Positions 44,236-52,321 of a stretch of 52,321 bases of DNA are shown one piece after another. A program made the translations under genes and the position numbers. The stretch lies in IMG/VR virus record IMGVR_UViG_3300010362_000002, positions 1 through 52,321 of that record. One strand, given 5' to 3'. Origin of the DNA: a virus (lineage: Duplodnaviria; Caudoviricetes). Numbering within the stretch: position 1 is the stretch's first letter; each line of letters begins with the position of its first letter. The notes under the pieces were generated by a model, which saw only the letters and a program-made list of their open reading frames with translations, made no database searches and was not told the origin of the DNA.

Positions 44236-44447
44236 CCACCCAGGACGCGCTCGAAAAATGGCTCGCCGACCTCTCGGAATTGCGATGGGCGGAAGTGCTC
44301 ACCGGCGACCAAAAACGATGGTGCGTGAGGTTGTATGAACTCAACGGCGAAGGCCGCGAAAATCAGGCCGCCGAGGCCGAGGACGCCACCCTGGACGGTG
44401 CGATTCAGCAGGCGCTAAACCGGGTAAATGCTGTAACGCAGCCGTAA
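44232..44447 (+). CDS. Hypothetical protein
   Basis: AGGAG SD; ATGA coupling. Confidence 0.6.
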   Translation: MTTQDALEKWLADLSELRWAEVLTGDQKRWCVRLYELNGEGRENQAAEAEDATLDGAIQQALNRVNAVTQP

Positions 44448-44599
44448 TGCAAGGCTTGATAGTGATCTCGCATACGAAATCAAATTGGAAAAGATGGAAT
44501 TTTGATGTCCGAGACCATTGTGTTTAGATGATGTTTTACATATTATTTTGACCATTCGGGATGTTGCTTAAAAACAACGACGAATGTAGAGGAAATTAG

Positions 44600-45082
44600 A
44601 TGGTTAAACACAACGACGCAAAATACGCAAAGTTAGGACTGGCGGCCATGCTGCCGGGGATGGTGCATGCCCACGAGATCCTGGGCGAACTGATCGAGGA
44701 TGTGCGGCTGAGATTGGGCGAGGCCGAGGCACCGGCGGCGGCAACAGCACGGAAACGCGGGCGGCCCAAAGCAGCAGGGCTCACGGCGAAGGGCACGCCG
44801 GTGAAATCAGGCTACTGGGCGAAGCTCACGCCGAATGAGCGGCGCACTGAAATGCAGAAACGCTTCGCCAAGCGGGCCAAGGCGAAATCGGGCCAGCCTA
44901 CGCAACAGAAGCAGGCGTGGGACCGGCTGCCGAAGGCCGAGCGGCAACGGCGCATCGAGAAGATGCTCAAGGCGCGGCGGGCAAAGCAGAGCGCCTGGGT
45001 CAAAGGGAAAGCGCCGGTAAAGGGCATTACGGTGCGGATGGCGCGTGAGACGCAGCAGGCCAACGGAGCGGCAGTCGTATGA
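44600..45082 (+). CDS. Highly basic DNA-binding-like protein with AT-hook
   Basis: RKRGRPK; repeated W(A/D)(K/R)L.x.ER; preceded by an AT-rich intergenic region and GAGG SD. Confidence 0.65.
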   Translation: MVKHNDAKYAKLGLAAMLPGMVHAHEILGELIEDVRLRLGEAEAPAAATARKRGRPKAAGLTAKGTPVKSGYWAKLTPNERRTEMQKRFAKRAKAKSGQPTQQKQAWDRLPKAERQRRIEKMLKARRAKQSAWVKGKAPVKGITVRMARETQQANGAAVV

Positions 45083-45354
45083 TCTTCCCAACCAAAGCAG
45101 ACGCCCGCGCATTTGCCAAGCGGATGGGGGTGCTGCATGATAGGCATCTCCTCATCGTGCGGACTACTCACGAGCACTGGACGATCATCCGCAGACGCCG
45201 CCTCCAGGTGACTCAGATCTGCTCCATCTGCGGTGAATCGTTTCCCGAGCCATCCAATAACGCGCAGCCGGTCAACGAGGGCCGCTGCTGCGCCTACTGC
45301 GACGATCACGTCGTGACGCTTGCCCGCGTCGCAGAGAGCAGGAGATTCGCATGA
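45079..45354 (+). CDS. Hypothetical protein with Cys motif
   Basis: CSICG...NNAQPVNEGRCC.YC. Confidence 0.65.
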   Translation: MIFPTKADARAFAKRMGVLHDRHLLIVRTTHEHWTIIRRRRLQVTQICSICGESFPEPSNNAQPVNEGRCCAYCDDHVVTLARVAESRRFA

Positions 45355-45674
45355 CCCGCCTGAGCAACCGGCAGTATCCGATGCTGCTCGCCTTCGTGGA
45401 TCTCGGCTCCAGCAAGTACATGAACATCGAGCAGGCGCAGCGCTACGATCAGCGGCCCTTCCGTTCGATGCTCATCCAGAAGTGGATTGCGTACCGGCCA
45501 GGACGCGGCTTCCACATCACGCGCGAAGGCATGGATGCATGGCGCGAGTTCCAGGGCACCGAAATCTGGAGAAAAGATCCGTCGCTGCCGCTCACGGCTT
45601 ATTTCGACGCGAAGACTTATGGGCTGCATCCGAAGTCGGAAAAGGTGCAGGAGATCAAGAGCGGCGCGGCCTGA
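45351..45674 (+). CDS. wHTH-like hypothetical protein
   Basis: AGGAG SD; FRSMLIQKWI...FHITREG. Confidence 0.65.
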   Translation: MTRLSNRQYPMLLAFVDLGSSKYMNIEQAQRYDQRPFRSMLIQKWIAYRPGRGFHITREGMDAWREFQGTEIWRKDPSLPLTAYFDAKTYGLHPKSEKVQEIKSGAA

Positions 45675-45797
45675 GAGGGAATTGGCAGCCGGGGCAGTCA
45701 GACGACGCATTGACCAACCGCCCCGGACTTTAGATAGCAAGAACGGGAGAATCGACGACGATCTTGACGATTACCCCGGTCAGGGCTTTGGCACATT

Positions 45798-46718
45798 ATG
45801 GCACGGTTCATCGACGACATTCGGGCTGCAAAGTGTTGGGTAGCGCCATGGTTTGTTGAGGGAAAAAAAGAAGAGTGGCGCAGGCTATCGCAGCAAATCA
45901 CGCCCATGTTGATGGACCCGTCCTTGATCGTACTCTATGGCCAGAATGTCGCCGACTACTACTACAAGGACACGGGCCAGGAGGATTGGGATCTCGTCGA
46001 GCACTTTCCTAATCTCGCGCCGCCGTGGCCGCAGTTCTGGGTCGAATACGCGATGCCGAACCAGATCCATAGCGACAAGAGGGGCGACACCGACATGCGC
46101 GGCTACATCCAGGACGGCCACGTCGGCATGCTCATCACCGGCCTGGATCGCGAGGATGTCGAGAGCCAAGGTCTGCCGGATGGGTGCCGGTGGATTCTCT
46201 GGATCGAGATATTCCTGAATTACGGAAAATTCAAACCTGGAATCGAGGGGCCGCACGGCTCGATATTCCTGGCAATCGACCAACGCGGTGCTCTGCTCGA
46301 ACGGCCCTGGATGCAATCGTTGGCATCACCCATCTACAACGAGATCATGCGCAGCCTGATCACCTGGACGCATCCGGCGCTGCTCGCGATCACGTTTCTA
46401 CACTGCAAAAACGTAACGGTGGTGGAGAACACTGTCGATAAGCCGCTCGCGAAAAAATATCACGCGAGGACCGGCCAGTGGCCTGCCAAATACAAGACGC
46501 TCGTGATCGAGCCGCTGAAGCAGGTTCTTCGCAAGGAAGGAGGCAGCGAGAAGCACGGCCTGCAGCGGGCGCTGCGCATCTGCCGTGGTCATTTCTCGGA
46601 TTACCGCGAAGGGCGCGGTCTGTTCGGTAAGTACAAGCAGTTGGTCTGGTATCCGATGCGTGTGAAAACGAAACGCGGCGATCCCGCGCCGCCAGTGGAA
46701 GTGAAGATCAAAGTTTGA
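45798..46718 (+). CDS. Hypothetical phage protein with C-terminal RGHF motif
   Basis: Long ORF with phage codon usage; LAPPWP, ICRGHFSDY. Confidence 0.75.
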   Translation: MARFIDDIRAAKCWVAPWFVEGKKEEWRRLSQQITPMLMDPSLIVLYGQNVADYYYKDTGQEDWDLVEHFPNLAPPWPQFWVEYAMPNQIHSDKRGDTDMRGYIQDGHVGMLITGLDREDVESQGLPDGCRWILWIEIFLNYGKFKPGIEGPHGSIFLAIDQRGALLERPWMQSLASPIYNEIMRSLITWTHPALLAITFLHCKNVTVVENTVDKPLAKKYHARTGQWPAKYKTLVIEPLKQVLRKEGGSEKHGLQRALRICRGHFSDYREGRGLFGKYKQLVWYPMRVKTKRGDPAPPVEVKIKV

Positions 46719-46729
46719 AGGGTGAGGAC

Positions 46730-46918
46730 ATGAAAAAACGCAATTTAAAACTACGCAAAATCGCAAGATCTGTCCGCTGGCTCGAAATCGAAATGGATCG
46801 CCTCTGGAAAGTGGTCATGGAAATCGAGCGCTGGCAGAACCGTTCGTTCAACGGCTCTTACTCGGCATACACGAAGACGAAAGGCGAGCCTTGGCACCTC
46901 GACATCACGCACCAATGA
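46730..46918 (+). CDS. Small hypothetical protein
   Basis: GAGG SD; ATGA coupling downstream. Confidence 0.55.
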   Translation: MKKRNLKLRKIARSVRWLEIEMDRLWKVVMEIERWQNRSFNGSYSAYTKTKGEPWHLDITHQ

Positions 46919-47298
46919 CCACGCCCGACTCGACAACCCAATTGTTCACGAGCAAGCAGGTCTGCGCGTACGCGGGGATCAGCTCGCGCCAACTGCAGTG
47001 GTGGTGCGAGCACGAATACATCAAGACCATCGAGATCGACCGGCGGCGGCTGTTCTCAGCCGAGGAGATGGAGCGGGCCAGCATCATCGCGCGGTTCCGG
47101 CGCAAGGGCCTACAACTGAACATCATCGTGAGGCTGCGCTTCAAACCGGGATTCGCCTACTATGTCACCGACGGCAAGGAAGTGATCGCGGCCAGCGATT
47201 ATACGGCGCTCGTCGATTGGCAACTTGCCCGCCGTGGACCGTTCTACGTGGTTTCAACCGCAGCCAAACCGAAAGTGAAAGGAGCGTCCGTCAAATGA
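46915..47298 (+). CDS. MerR-type HTH DNA-binding protein
   Basis: FTSKQVCAYAGISSRQLQWW...RRLFS.EE. Confidence 0.8.
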   Translation: MTTPDSTTQLFTSKQVCAYAGISSRQLQWWCEHEYIKTIEIDRRRLFSAEEMERASIIARFRRKGLQLNIIVRLRFKPGFAYYVTDGKEVIAASDYTALVDWQLARRGPFYVVSTAAKPKVKGASVK

Positions 47299-47323
47299 GC
47301 GCAGCCTGGAGGCCTAGAAAGAA

Positions 47324-47488
47324 ATGCAAACACTGAAGCTGACCGAAGAAGAGATCGGAGTCATCGAGGATTCGCTCGCGAGCGTCGCATGGCTGGCATT
47401 GCCGAAGCAGCATCCGCAGCGCATCGCGTATATCTCGCTGCTCCGCAAGCTGGCGAAGCTGGCGCAACTGGTACGGGAGGCCGTGTGA
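47324..47488 (+). CDS. 54-aa hypothetical protein (not in ORF track)
   Basis: GGAGG upstream; MQTLKLTEEEIGVIEDSL...; GTGA coupling to the next gene. Confidence 0.5.
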   Translation: MQTLKLTEEEIGVIEDSLASVAWLALPKQHPQRIAYISLLRKLAKLAQLVREAV

Positions 47489-47727
47489 GTTCCCTTTCCG
47501 AGCTTTCTATTTATGCATGGATTGGCGAGGACGAGCACGGCTCGGGCAAAGTCGGCATCAAGCAGGGACTCGTTCCGGCTGGCTACATCCCGTTGTGCGC
47601 GATGAATTACGATCTGCACAAGCTGGCGCGGCTGCAGCCGCAGATGCAGGAGCAGGCCCGACATTACGGCAAGCCGATCCGCCTCGTGAAGTTTCAGGCG
47701 GTCGAGGTGGCAGCGGAAACCACATGA
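47485..47727 (+). CDS. Hypothetical protein
   Basis: GGAGG SD with GTG start; coupled. Confidence 0.6.
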   Translation: MSSLSELSIYAWIGEDEHGSGKVGIKQGLVPAGYIPLCAMNYDLHKLARLQPQMQEQARHYGKPIRLVKFQAVEVAAETT

Positions 47728-48320
47728 TCACGATGCCCGCACGCTTGAGGGACCGCCCGGTCGATAAGCGCGGCTATGTGGTGCCGTGGAACGTGCTGGT
47801 CGCGGACGACGGCACTCCGTTCTTCACCGTCAACGATGACCGGCGGCACCTGAAGGCCGTGCGCGGAGGCCTGTGCCCGCTCTGCGGCGGGATTCTCGGC
47901 AGGTGGAAGTGGTTTGTCGGCGGGCCGCTCTCCGCGTTCGATCCGCACGGCTGGTTCCTCGATCTGCCAGGGCATCGCGACTGCATGGAATACGCGCTCG
48001 CGACATGCCCGTACCTCGCGATGCCGAAATGGGCGACCGGCGATCACATTCCGCACCGCGACAAGTTGGCAACGACCGCGCCGATTCTGATCGATGAGAC
48101 CGCGATCCCCGACCGGCCAGAGGTCTTCGTCGCCATCGCAAGCGATGGAATTGAGATTAAGAGCGGCGGGCTTCATCTGCCGTACGTGCGCCCGGTGAAG
48201 CCGGTGCTCGACTACACGTTCTGGCGGCACGGGAGAGAGATCCCGCTCGATGAGGCTTTACCGTACTTGCGGATCGCGTTGGGCGGGAACTGGGTTCCAC
48301 CGGAGAAGAGTCAATGTTAG
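47724..48320 (+). CDS. Cys/His-containing phage protein
   Basis: RG..VPW, CPLCG, H.DC..YA...CPYL. Confidence 0.7.
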   Translation: MITMPARLRDRPVDKRGYVVPWNVLVADDGTPFFTVNDDRRHLKAVRGGLCPLCGGILGRWKWFVGGPLSAFDPHGWFLDLPGHRDCMEYALATCPYLAMPKWATGDHIPHRDKLATTAPILIDETAIPDRPEVFVAIASDGIEIKSGGLHLPYVRPVKPVLDYTFWRHGREIPLDEALPYLRIALGGNWVPPEKSQC

Positions 48321-48330
48321 GAGGGTAACC

Positions 48331-48435
48331 ATGGGACAGAATGGTGGTCTGCTTTCCGGCCTCTTGATGCTCGCGGCCTTCGCGGCGCTCGTGGCCATCA
48401 TGCTGGTGTTCGCGGGCGTGGGGCACTGGCGGTAA
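48331..48435 (+). CDS. 34-aa single-TM peptide
   Basis: AGGAGG SD; MGQNGGLLSGLLMLAAFAALVAIMLVFAGVGHWR. Confidence 0.6.
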   Translation: MGQNGGLLSGLLMLAAFAALVAIMLVFAGVGHWR

Positions 48436-48450
48436 AGGAAGGAAAATACG

Positions 48451-48666
48451 ATGGCACCTAAACGAACCGTTGACGAAACCTTACTGCAGCCGCGCGACGT
48501 GGTGAAGGTCGAGATCGACGATCCCGGCTTCGCCGTGTTGCTCTCCTGCGGCCACACGGTCTGGTGCGCGGTGATGCCGGTCACGCAGATTCATAGCGGC
48601 GAGTGTTTGTACCAGTGCGCGGAACAATGCCGTGAGGTTCATGCCAGCCAGCGGAGGCCGGAATGA
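48451..48666 (+). CDS. Small Cys/His protein
   Basis: AAGGA SD; LSCGH...CLYQC. Confidence 0.55.
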   Translation: MAPKRTVDETLLQPRDVVKVEIDDPGFAVLLSCGHTVWCAVMPVTQIHSGECLYQCAEQCREVHASQRRPE

Positions 48667-48777
48667 AAATGCGGAAGAAGTTGAGGGCGGCATTCGGTCA
48701 GTAGAACTCTTCCTGCCGCCCGGATTACGCCCTCTCGGACGCGGCATGGATGATACCAGAAATATCGGAGTAATGTC

Positions 48778-49311
48778 ATGAGACTCAAGAGATTCCAATT
48801 GAATGCCATCCAGCTACACATCAGTGGTGCGGGTAGGTTGCGGCCCGTCGTTGATCCGATTCGTAACTGGAAGTTCGTTAAGCCGAACGGCGGCTTTTGG
48901 ACATCCAGTTATGAGGATGGAAGCTCCGCTTGGGTGGAAGAGTGTAGTTCGATGTTTGGCGATAGTACGCCATATAAAAAGAACTGGTTTCTTCTGAAGC
49001 CAGATCCTAGCGCCCGGATTCTGTTGATAGACACTTTGAGCAATCTGAGAATGCTCTTACGTTCTTGGCCAAATCCTTTGCCGGGGACGCGCATCGTGTG
49101 GCCGGATTTCGAAGCCATCGCCCGCCACTACGATGCTATGCATCTCACAGCAGCCGGACAAATTGCAACGCGATTGTCCCACCCCGAAAATTTATATGGA
49201 TGGGATGTCGAATCTACCTTGTGGTTCCGTTGGAAATTTCTCGATTGCGAACGGATTCCGACGCCCTCTGAATCTGCAGCGGTGCTATCCGAGCAGGCGG
49301 TGCGTGGATGA
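48778..49311 (+). CDS. Hypothetical protein, possible ADP-ribosyltransferase-like fold
   Basis: H...KP.GGFWTS...DFE....YDA.HLT...LYGWDVES.LW; more AT-rich than its neighbours. Confidence 0.55.
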   Translation: MRLKRFQLNAIQLHISGAGRLRPVVDPIRNWKFVKPNGGFWTSSYEDGSSAWVEECSSMFGDSTPYKKNWFLLKPDPSARILLIDTLSNLRMLLRSWPNPLPGTRIVWPDFEAIARHYDAMHLTAAGQIATRLSHPENLYGWDVESTLWFRWKFLDCERIPTPSESAAVLSEQAVRG

Positions 49312-49556
49312 AGGCTCGTCGGCAAGCGAAACAACACCAGATGCATTTGAACGGTCTTACCCTCGACGAAAGGAAGATCGGAGCTATCGTTGCGACCGGC
49401 GGCGGATTGTGGGAAGTGGTGGACATCAACGAGACCACCAAGGTGGTGAAACTGGAGCGGCGCACGGCGCGGCGTTTGCGGAAGGGGGCTGATAATATCA
49501 GTCCGAATTGCAAGCCGGTCGAGGCGAATGCCGTGATTCGGGACAGAATCTCATGA
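49308..49556 (+). CDS. Hypothetical protein
   Basis: ATGA coupling on both sides. Confidence 0.55.
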   Translation: MKARRQAKQHQMHLNGLTLDERKIGAIVATGGGLWEVVDINETTKVVKLERRTARRLRKGADNISPNCKPVEANAVIRDRIS

Positions 49557-49747
49557 TCTTCGACCGGCCTATCTTTCGTGACCCGTCGCTCTCACCGGAT
49601 GCACCGGCGCAATCGCAATTGCGGATCTATGGCGAGTATCTGATGCGCTTCCGGCGCTTCCGGCCAAACCTCTGGCGGCGTTTCTGGATGTGGGCGCTGC
49701 TCGGCTGGACTTGGGAAGCAGTAGAGCCAAAGGAGCCGGAACGGTGA
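49553..49747 (+). CDS. Small Trp/Arg-rich hypothetical protein
   Basis: Coupled; PNLWRRFWMWALLGWTWE. Confidence 0.5.
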   Translation: MIFDRPIFRDPSLSPDAPAQSQLRIYGEYLMRFRRFRPNLWRRFWMWALLGWTWEAVEPKEPER

Positions 49748-50004
49748 ACATCAGACTGGCCATTCGCGGCTATGCGGGCCGGAAGCTCGCGTTCGAGGAT
49801 CGCGTGGATCTGCCTGAAATCGAGTTGGACAACCTGCTGCCCGAGCTTGCTAAAAAACACGGGGAGGCGCTCGCGGAGTTCCGGCTCCACATGATCGAAA
49901 TCGAGTTCCTCGACGAGCCCAATCCCAACGAGCGGTTCTTCCGCATGGGTACTGATCCGAGGGGTATGGTGATGCCGGTGGAAATTGATCTGAAAAAGCT
50001 ATGA
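49744..50004 (+). CDS. Hypothetical protein
   Basis: AAGGAG SD with GTG start; coupled. Confidence 0.6.
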   Translation: MNIRLAIRGYAGRKLAFEDRVDLPEIELDNLLPELAKKHGEALAEFRLHMIEIEFLDEPNPNERFFRMGTDPRGMVMPVEIDLKKL

Positions 50005-50441
50005 CAGACGAAACACCCAAACGGAAGTACAACCGCGAGAAACTCAAGCGGCAATTTACTGTGCGTCTCAAAGAGCGGCGATTGTACACGGTTGCCAAGA
50101 ATCGCGCCGAGAGCGAGGGCGCGACCGTCACCGACGCAGTAGAGCAGGGACTTCAACTCTGGCTTTTGAAAAAAGACGCGGCCCTGGAGCCGCTCATGGT
50201 GCCACGGTTCCTGTATCACGTGTTGCCGGAAGATTACCAACGGCTCACAGAGGCGCTCTTCGTATGGCTGATGAAGGAGCCGGTCGAGCAGCGGCAGAGG
50301 ATCATCCGCAAGGCCTTTCGTCAGTTGTTGGAAGAAGAGAAGACGGAGTTCGATACGGACACTGCGGCCCAGGAGGAATTTCGCCAGTTCGCCAAGCAGT
50401 GCTACGCGCAGGCGCGAGCCAGACTTCTGGAAGAGGCCTGA
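50001..50441 (+). CDS. RHH-like regulator, paralog of 51565-52044
   Basis: QFTVRL...VTDAVEQGLQLWL...LPED. Confidence 0.65.
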   Translation: MTDETPKRKYNREKLKRQFTVRLKERRLYTVAKNRAESEGATVTDAVEQGLQLWLLKKDAALEPLMVPRFLYHVLPEDYQRLTEALFVWLMKEPVEQRQRIIRKAFRQLLEEEKTEFDTDTAAQEEFRQFAKQCYAQARARLLEEA

Positions 50442-50445
50442 CGCA

Positions 50446-50784
50446 ATGGAACGAAGCATCCTGCGGCTGCGCACCAAGCCGCACATCCATCCCGACCGGC
50501 GCGAGGAAACCATAGTGGAGGTCGTGCGCGACGGCAAGGTAGTGGCCACGATTTACGGCACCAGAGAAGGCGTGCAGATCGTCTCTGACCGGATCGAGCA
50601 GTCGCGCCCGCCGGTGTATCTCGACGGCCAGACGCTGCCGGTGCCGGTACAAAGCATAGTGGTGCCGCTGCTCGCGAAAGACGAGGTCTGCCCCTGGTGC
50701 CAGGGCACAGGCGTTCTGCCTCTCGGCATGCATCCGGGTAATCCGGTGCTGACGGCGTGCTCTCTCTGCAGGAGAACGCAGTGA
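50446..50784 (+). CDS. Hypothetical protein with C-terminal Zn ribbon
   Basis: CPWCQGTG...CSLC. Confidence 0.65.
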   Translation: MERSILRLRTKPHIHPDRREETIVEVVRDGKVVATIYGTREGVQIVSDRIEQSRPPVYLDGQTLPVPVQSIVVPLLAKDEVCPWCQGTGVLPLGMHPGNPVLTACSLCRRTQ

Positions 50785-51029
50785 CCAAGGGCTCGACCGT
50801 CAAGGTCTACCCGCATGGGTCGCCGCAGAAGTCCGCGCATGCCACCGTGCTGGTCGCGTGCAAAACCGCCGTGATGCTCGCGTTCGCCGACAAGCCGCCC
50901 TTCGCCATTCTGCGCGAGGGCATCATGCTGCATCCCGACCATGGCATCGTCATGATGGTGCAGCGCTACGAAATCGGCCCCTGGTTTGAGATCTTCGGCG
51001 GCGGGCACTACGAGATCGAGGAACTATGA
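50781..51029 (+). CDS. Hypothetical protein
   Basis: AGGAG SD with GTG start; coupled. Confidence 0.6.
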   Translation: MTKGSTVKVYPHGSPQKSAHATVLVACKTAVMLAFADKPPFAILREGIMLHPDHGIVMMVQRYEIGPWFEIFGGGHYEIEEL

Positions 51030-51568
51030 CGGACGCCATCCTCCAGGGCCTCGCGCTGCAGGCGCTGAATATGGCGAAGGTCGATGTGCAGCGCAATCAG
51101 TTTATCTGCCTGATGGCGGTTTACCATGAGGGCTCGCCGCTCTACCGCATGAAGCGCATAGAGGCGCGGTTCGTGGAAACTTTCGGCCAGAACTGGCTCA
51201 ACGATGGCCGTAAAAAGGATGCCGTCTTCGATGGACTGCGCTTTTGCGTAGACGCCGGAAAGCCGGATGCCGTGGTCTTCGTGACCCCAAGCAACATGTT
51301 CAAACCAACCTCGAAGCTGGAAAAGCTGCCACCCGAACAGCAGAAGGCCATCATCAACCAAGGCCATGACGGGCACCATCAGGCAGTCAGGCAGGGCCTG
51401 TTCACCATTCACGATGTGTTGTGCGCCGTCGCGCAGAATGATAAGCGGGTGTGCCTGTACAACCAGTCTGTGCGGTCGAGCGGCTTGTTCTACGGCCAGC
51501 CGCAAGTAGACTTCTTCGATCAGGCCGACTTCGACGGGCGGCTGAAGATGTACGGGAAGGAGCAATGA
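51026..51568 (+). CDS. Hypothetical protein
   Basis: GAGG SD; ATGA coupling on both sides. Confidence 0.7.
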   Translation: MTDAILQGLALQALNMAKVDVQRNQFICLMAVYHEGSPLYRMKRIEARFVETFGQNWLNDGRKKDAVFDGLRFCVDAGKPDAVVFVTPSNMFKPTSKLEKLPPEQQKAIINQGHDGHHQAVRQGLFTIHDVLCAVAQNDKRVCLYNQSVRSSGLFYGQPQVDFFDQADFDGRLKMYGKEQ

Positions 51569-52044
51569 TGGCAGAAGAAAATAGCAATCCAGATCAGACG
51601 CCGAAAGCCAAGCGGCGTGGGCCTAATAAAGCCCGGGAAAAAGAGCCCAAGTCGCAACACACCGTGCGCATCGATGCGAATGTGGCCCGCTTAGTGCTTT
51701 CGTACATCAAGAGGGACAACATGCGCCTCACCGAGGCGATGGAGCGCGGGCTCTGGCTCTGGCTTAAGGAGCAGCCGCTCACAGAAGAGATGCAGATCCC
51801 CGACGACTTTGTTTGGGACTCTCTGCCCGAAGACATGCGGCAGGCGACTATGGAGCTTTACGCCTACATGACACATCATCCGGCTGAATCGGCGTACACG
51901 CCAATCTTCCGTCGCTTCTTCGAAGATGTATTGGCGTGTTTCGCTCAGACGCCAGCGTACCAAGCCGCACGGAAGAAACTGTACACGCTGCCCGCAAAAT
52001 CGGGGACGACAGAACAGCCACTTACAATGGACCGGAAGGAGTAG
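51565..52044 (+). CDS. RHH-like regulator, paralog of 50001-50441
   Basis: QHTVRI...LTEAMERGLWLWL...LPED. Confidence 0.65.
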   Translation: MMAEENSNPDQTPKAKRRGPNKAREKEPKSQHTVRIDANVARLVLSYIKRDNMRLTEAMERGLWLWLKEQPLTEEMQIPDDFVWDSLPEDMRQATMELYAYMTHHPAESAYTPIFRRFFEDVLACFAQTPAYQAARKKLYTLPAKSGTTEQPLTMDRKE

Positions 52045-52050
52045 ACTCCC

Positions 52051-52194
52051 ATGCATCTGACTCTACGCTTCCTGTTTCTGATCCTCGCGCTCGTCCTATT
52101 TCTCATGGCCGGGTTCGGGTTCTCGCATCCGCGCGTGAATGTCACCGCGCTCGGCCTCGCCATGCTCACCTGCGCGTTCATGATCACGGCTTAA
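52051..52194 (+). CDS. 47-aa two-TM membrane protein, holin-like topology (not in ORF track)
   Basis: AAGGAG SD; MHLTLRFLFLILALVLFLMAGFGFSHPRVNVTALGLAMLTCAFMITA. Confidence 0.65.
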   Translation: MHLTLRFLFLILALVLFLMAGFGFSHPRVNVTALGLAMLTCAFMITA

Positions 52195-52198
52195 ACAG

Positions 52199-52321
52199 AA
52201 ACGGCGCTGATCCGATGGCCCGATCAACGCCGTTGCTTTTACGAACTACTTGGGAGCTTTCAACTATTCTACCGGCTTCCGGCTACCGGAGAATTTCGGG
52301 TCTTTCGATATCGACATTTGC
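52199..52321. repeat. Terminal direct repeat, identical to 1-123
   Basis: Exact 123-nt match to the window start. Confidence 0.97.

Larger units (their letters stand above)
1..52198. mobile_element. Complete temperate cos-type siphovirus genome with a lambda-like head module
   Basis: Terminase, portal, capsid, tail, tape measure, repressor, integrase and replication genes in canonical order; circular overlap. Confidence 0.95.

Noticed and set aside
1-52321. tRNA/rRNA genes, introns, inteins, stop-codon reassignment
   Set aside because: No cloverleaf or T-loop signature noticed; core genes are intact, of normal length and end in all three stop codons. tRNAscan and Infernal were not run.

Overview
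The window looks like a complete, circularly assembled temperate siphovirus genome of about 52.2 kb; bases 1-123 are repeated exactly at 52199-52321. It has a lambda-type packaging and head module: a cosQ-like GGGTCCT, a cosN-like dyad and an IHF site at about 2994-3057, then TerS, gpA-type TerL, gpW, portal, S49 protease with an internal Nu3-like scaffold start, gpD and gpE. The tail module is non-contractile, with a G/GT -1 frameshift, tape measure, a fused hub protein and two fibre/spike genes, one ending in an S74 chaperone. These are followed by a divergent XRE/RHH switch, a YqaJ exonuclease plus probable annealing protein, a ParB-like gene pair, DUF2303, a CoiA-like nuclease, xis, int and a candidate attP, a VRR-NUC nuclease, an HTH replication initiator and many small accessory ORFs. 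The host cannot be determined from the sequence; an Acidobacteriota-like host is a guess from the integrase/Xis style and BACON-like domains. The most unusual part is the ~2.4 kb that would form the right end of the virion DNA, which is the first-ejected end if it behaves like lambda. It holds a compositionally distinct 4-gene island led by a putative two-Fe-S-cluster protein and bracketed by two 12-bp-phased GGGGTTAAA arrays. It also holds a ~21-unit array whose minus strand reads CAGG(G)ACGG, like a CsrB/RsmZ sponge RNA, ending at a terminator hairpin. Other notable signals are exact 19-bp repeats bounding divergent cassettes in the tail fibre, helically phased ACTTA sites inside the portal gene, no recognisable endolysin, and several tiny membrane peptides. 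All family assignments are by eye from motifs and synteny; no database searches were run.
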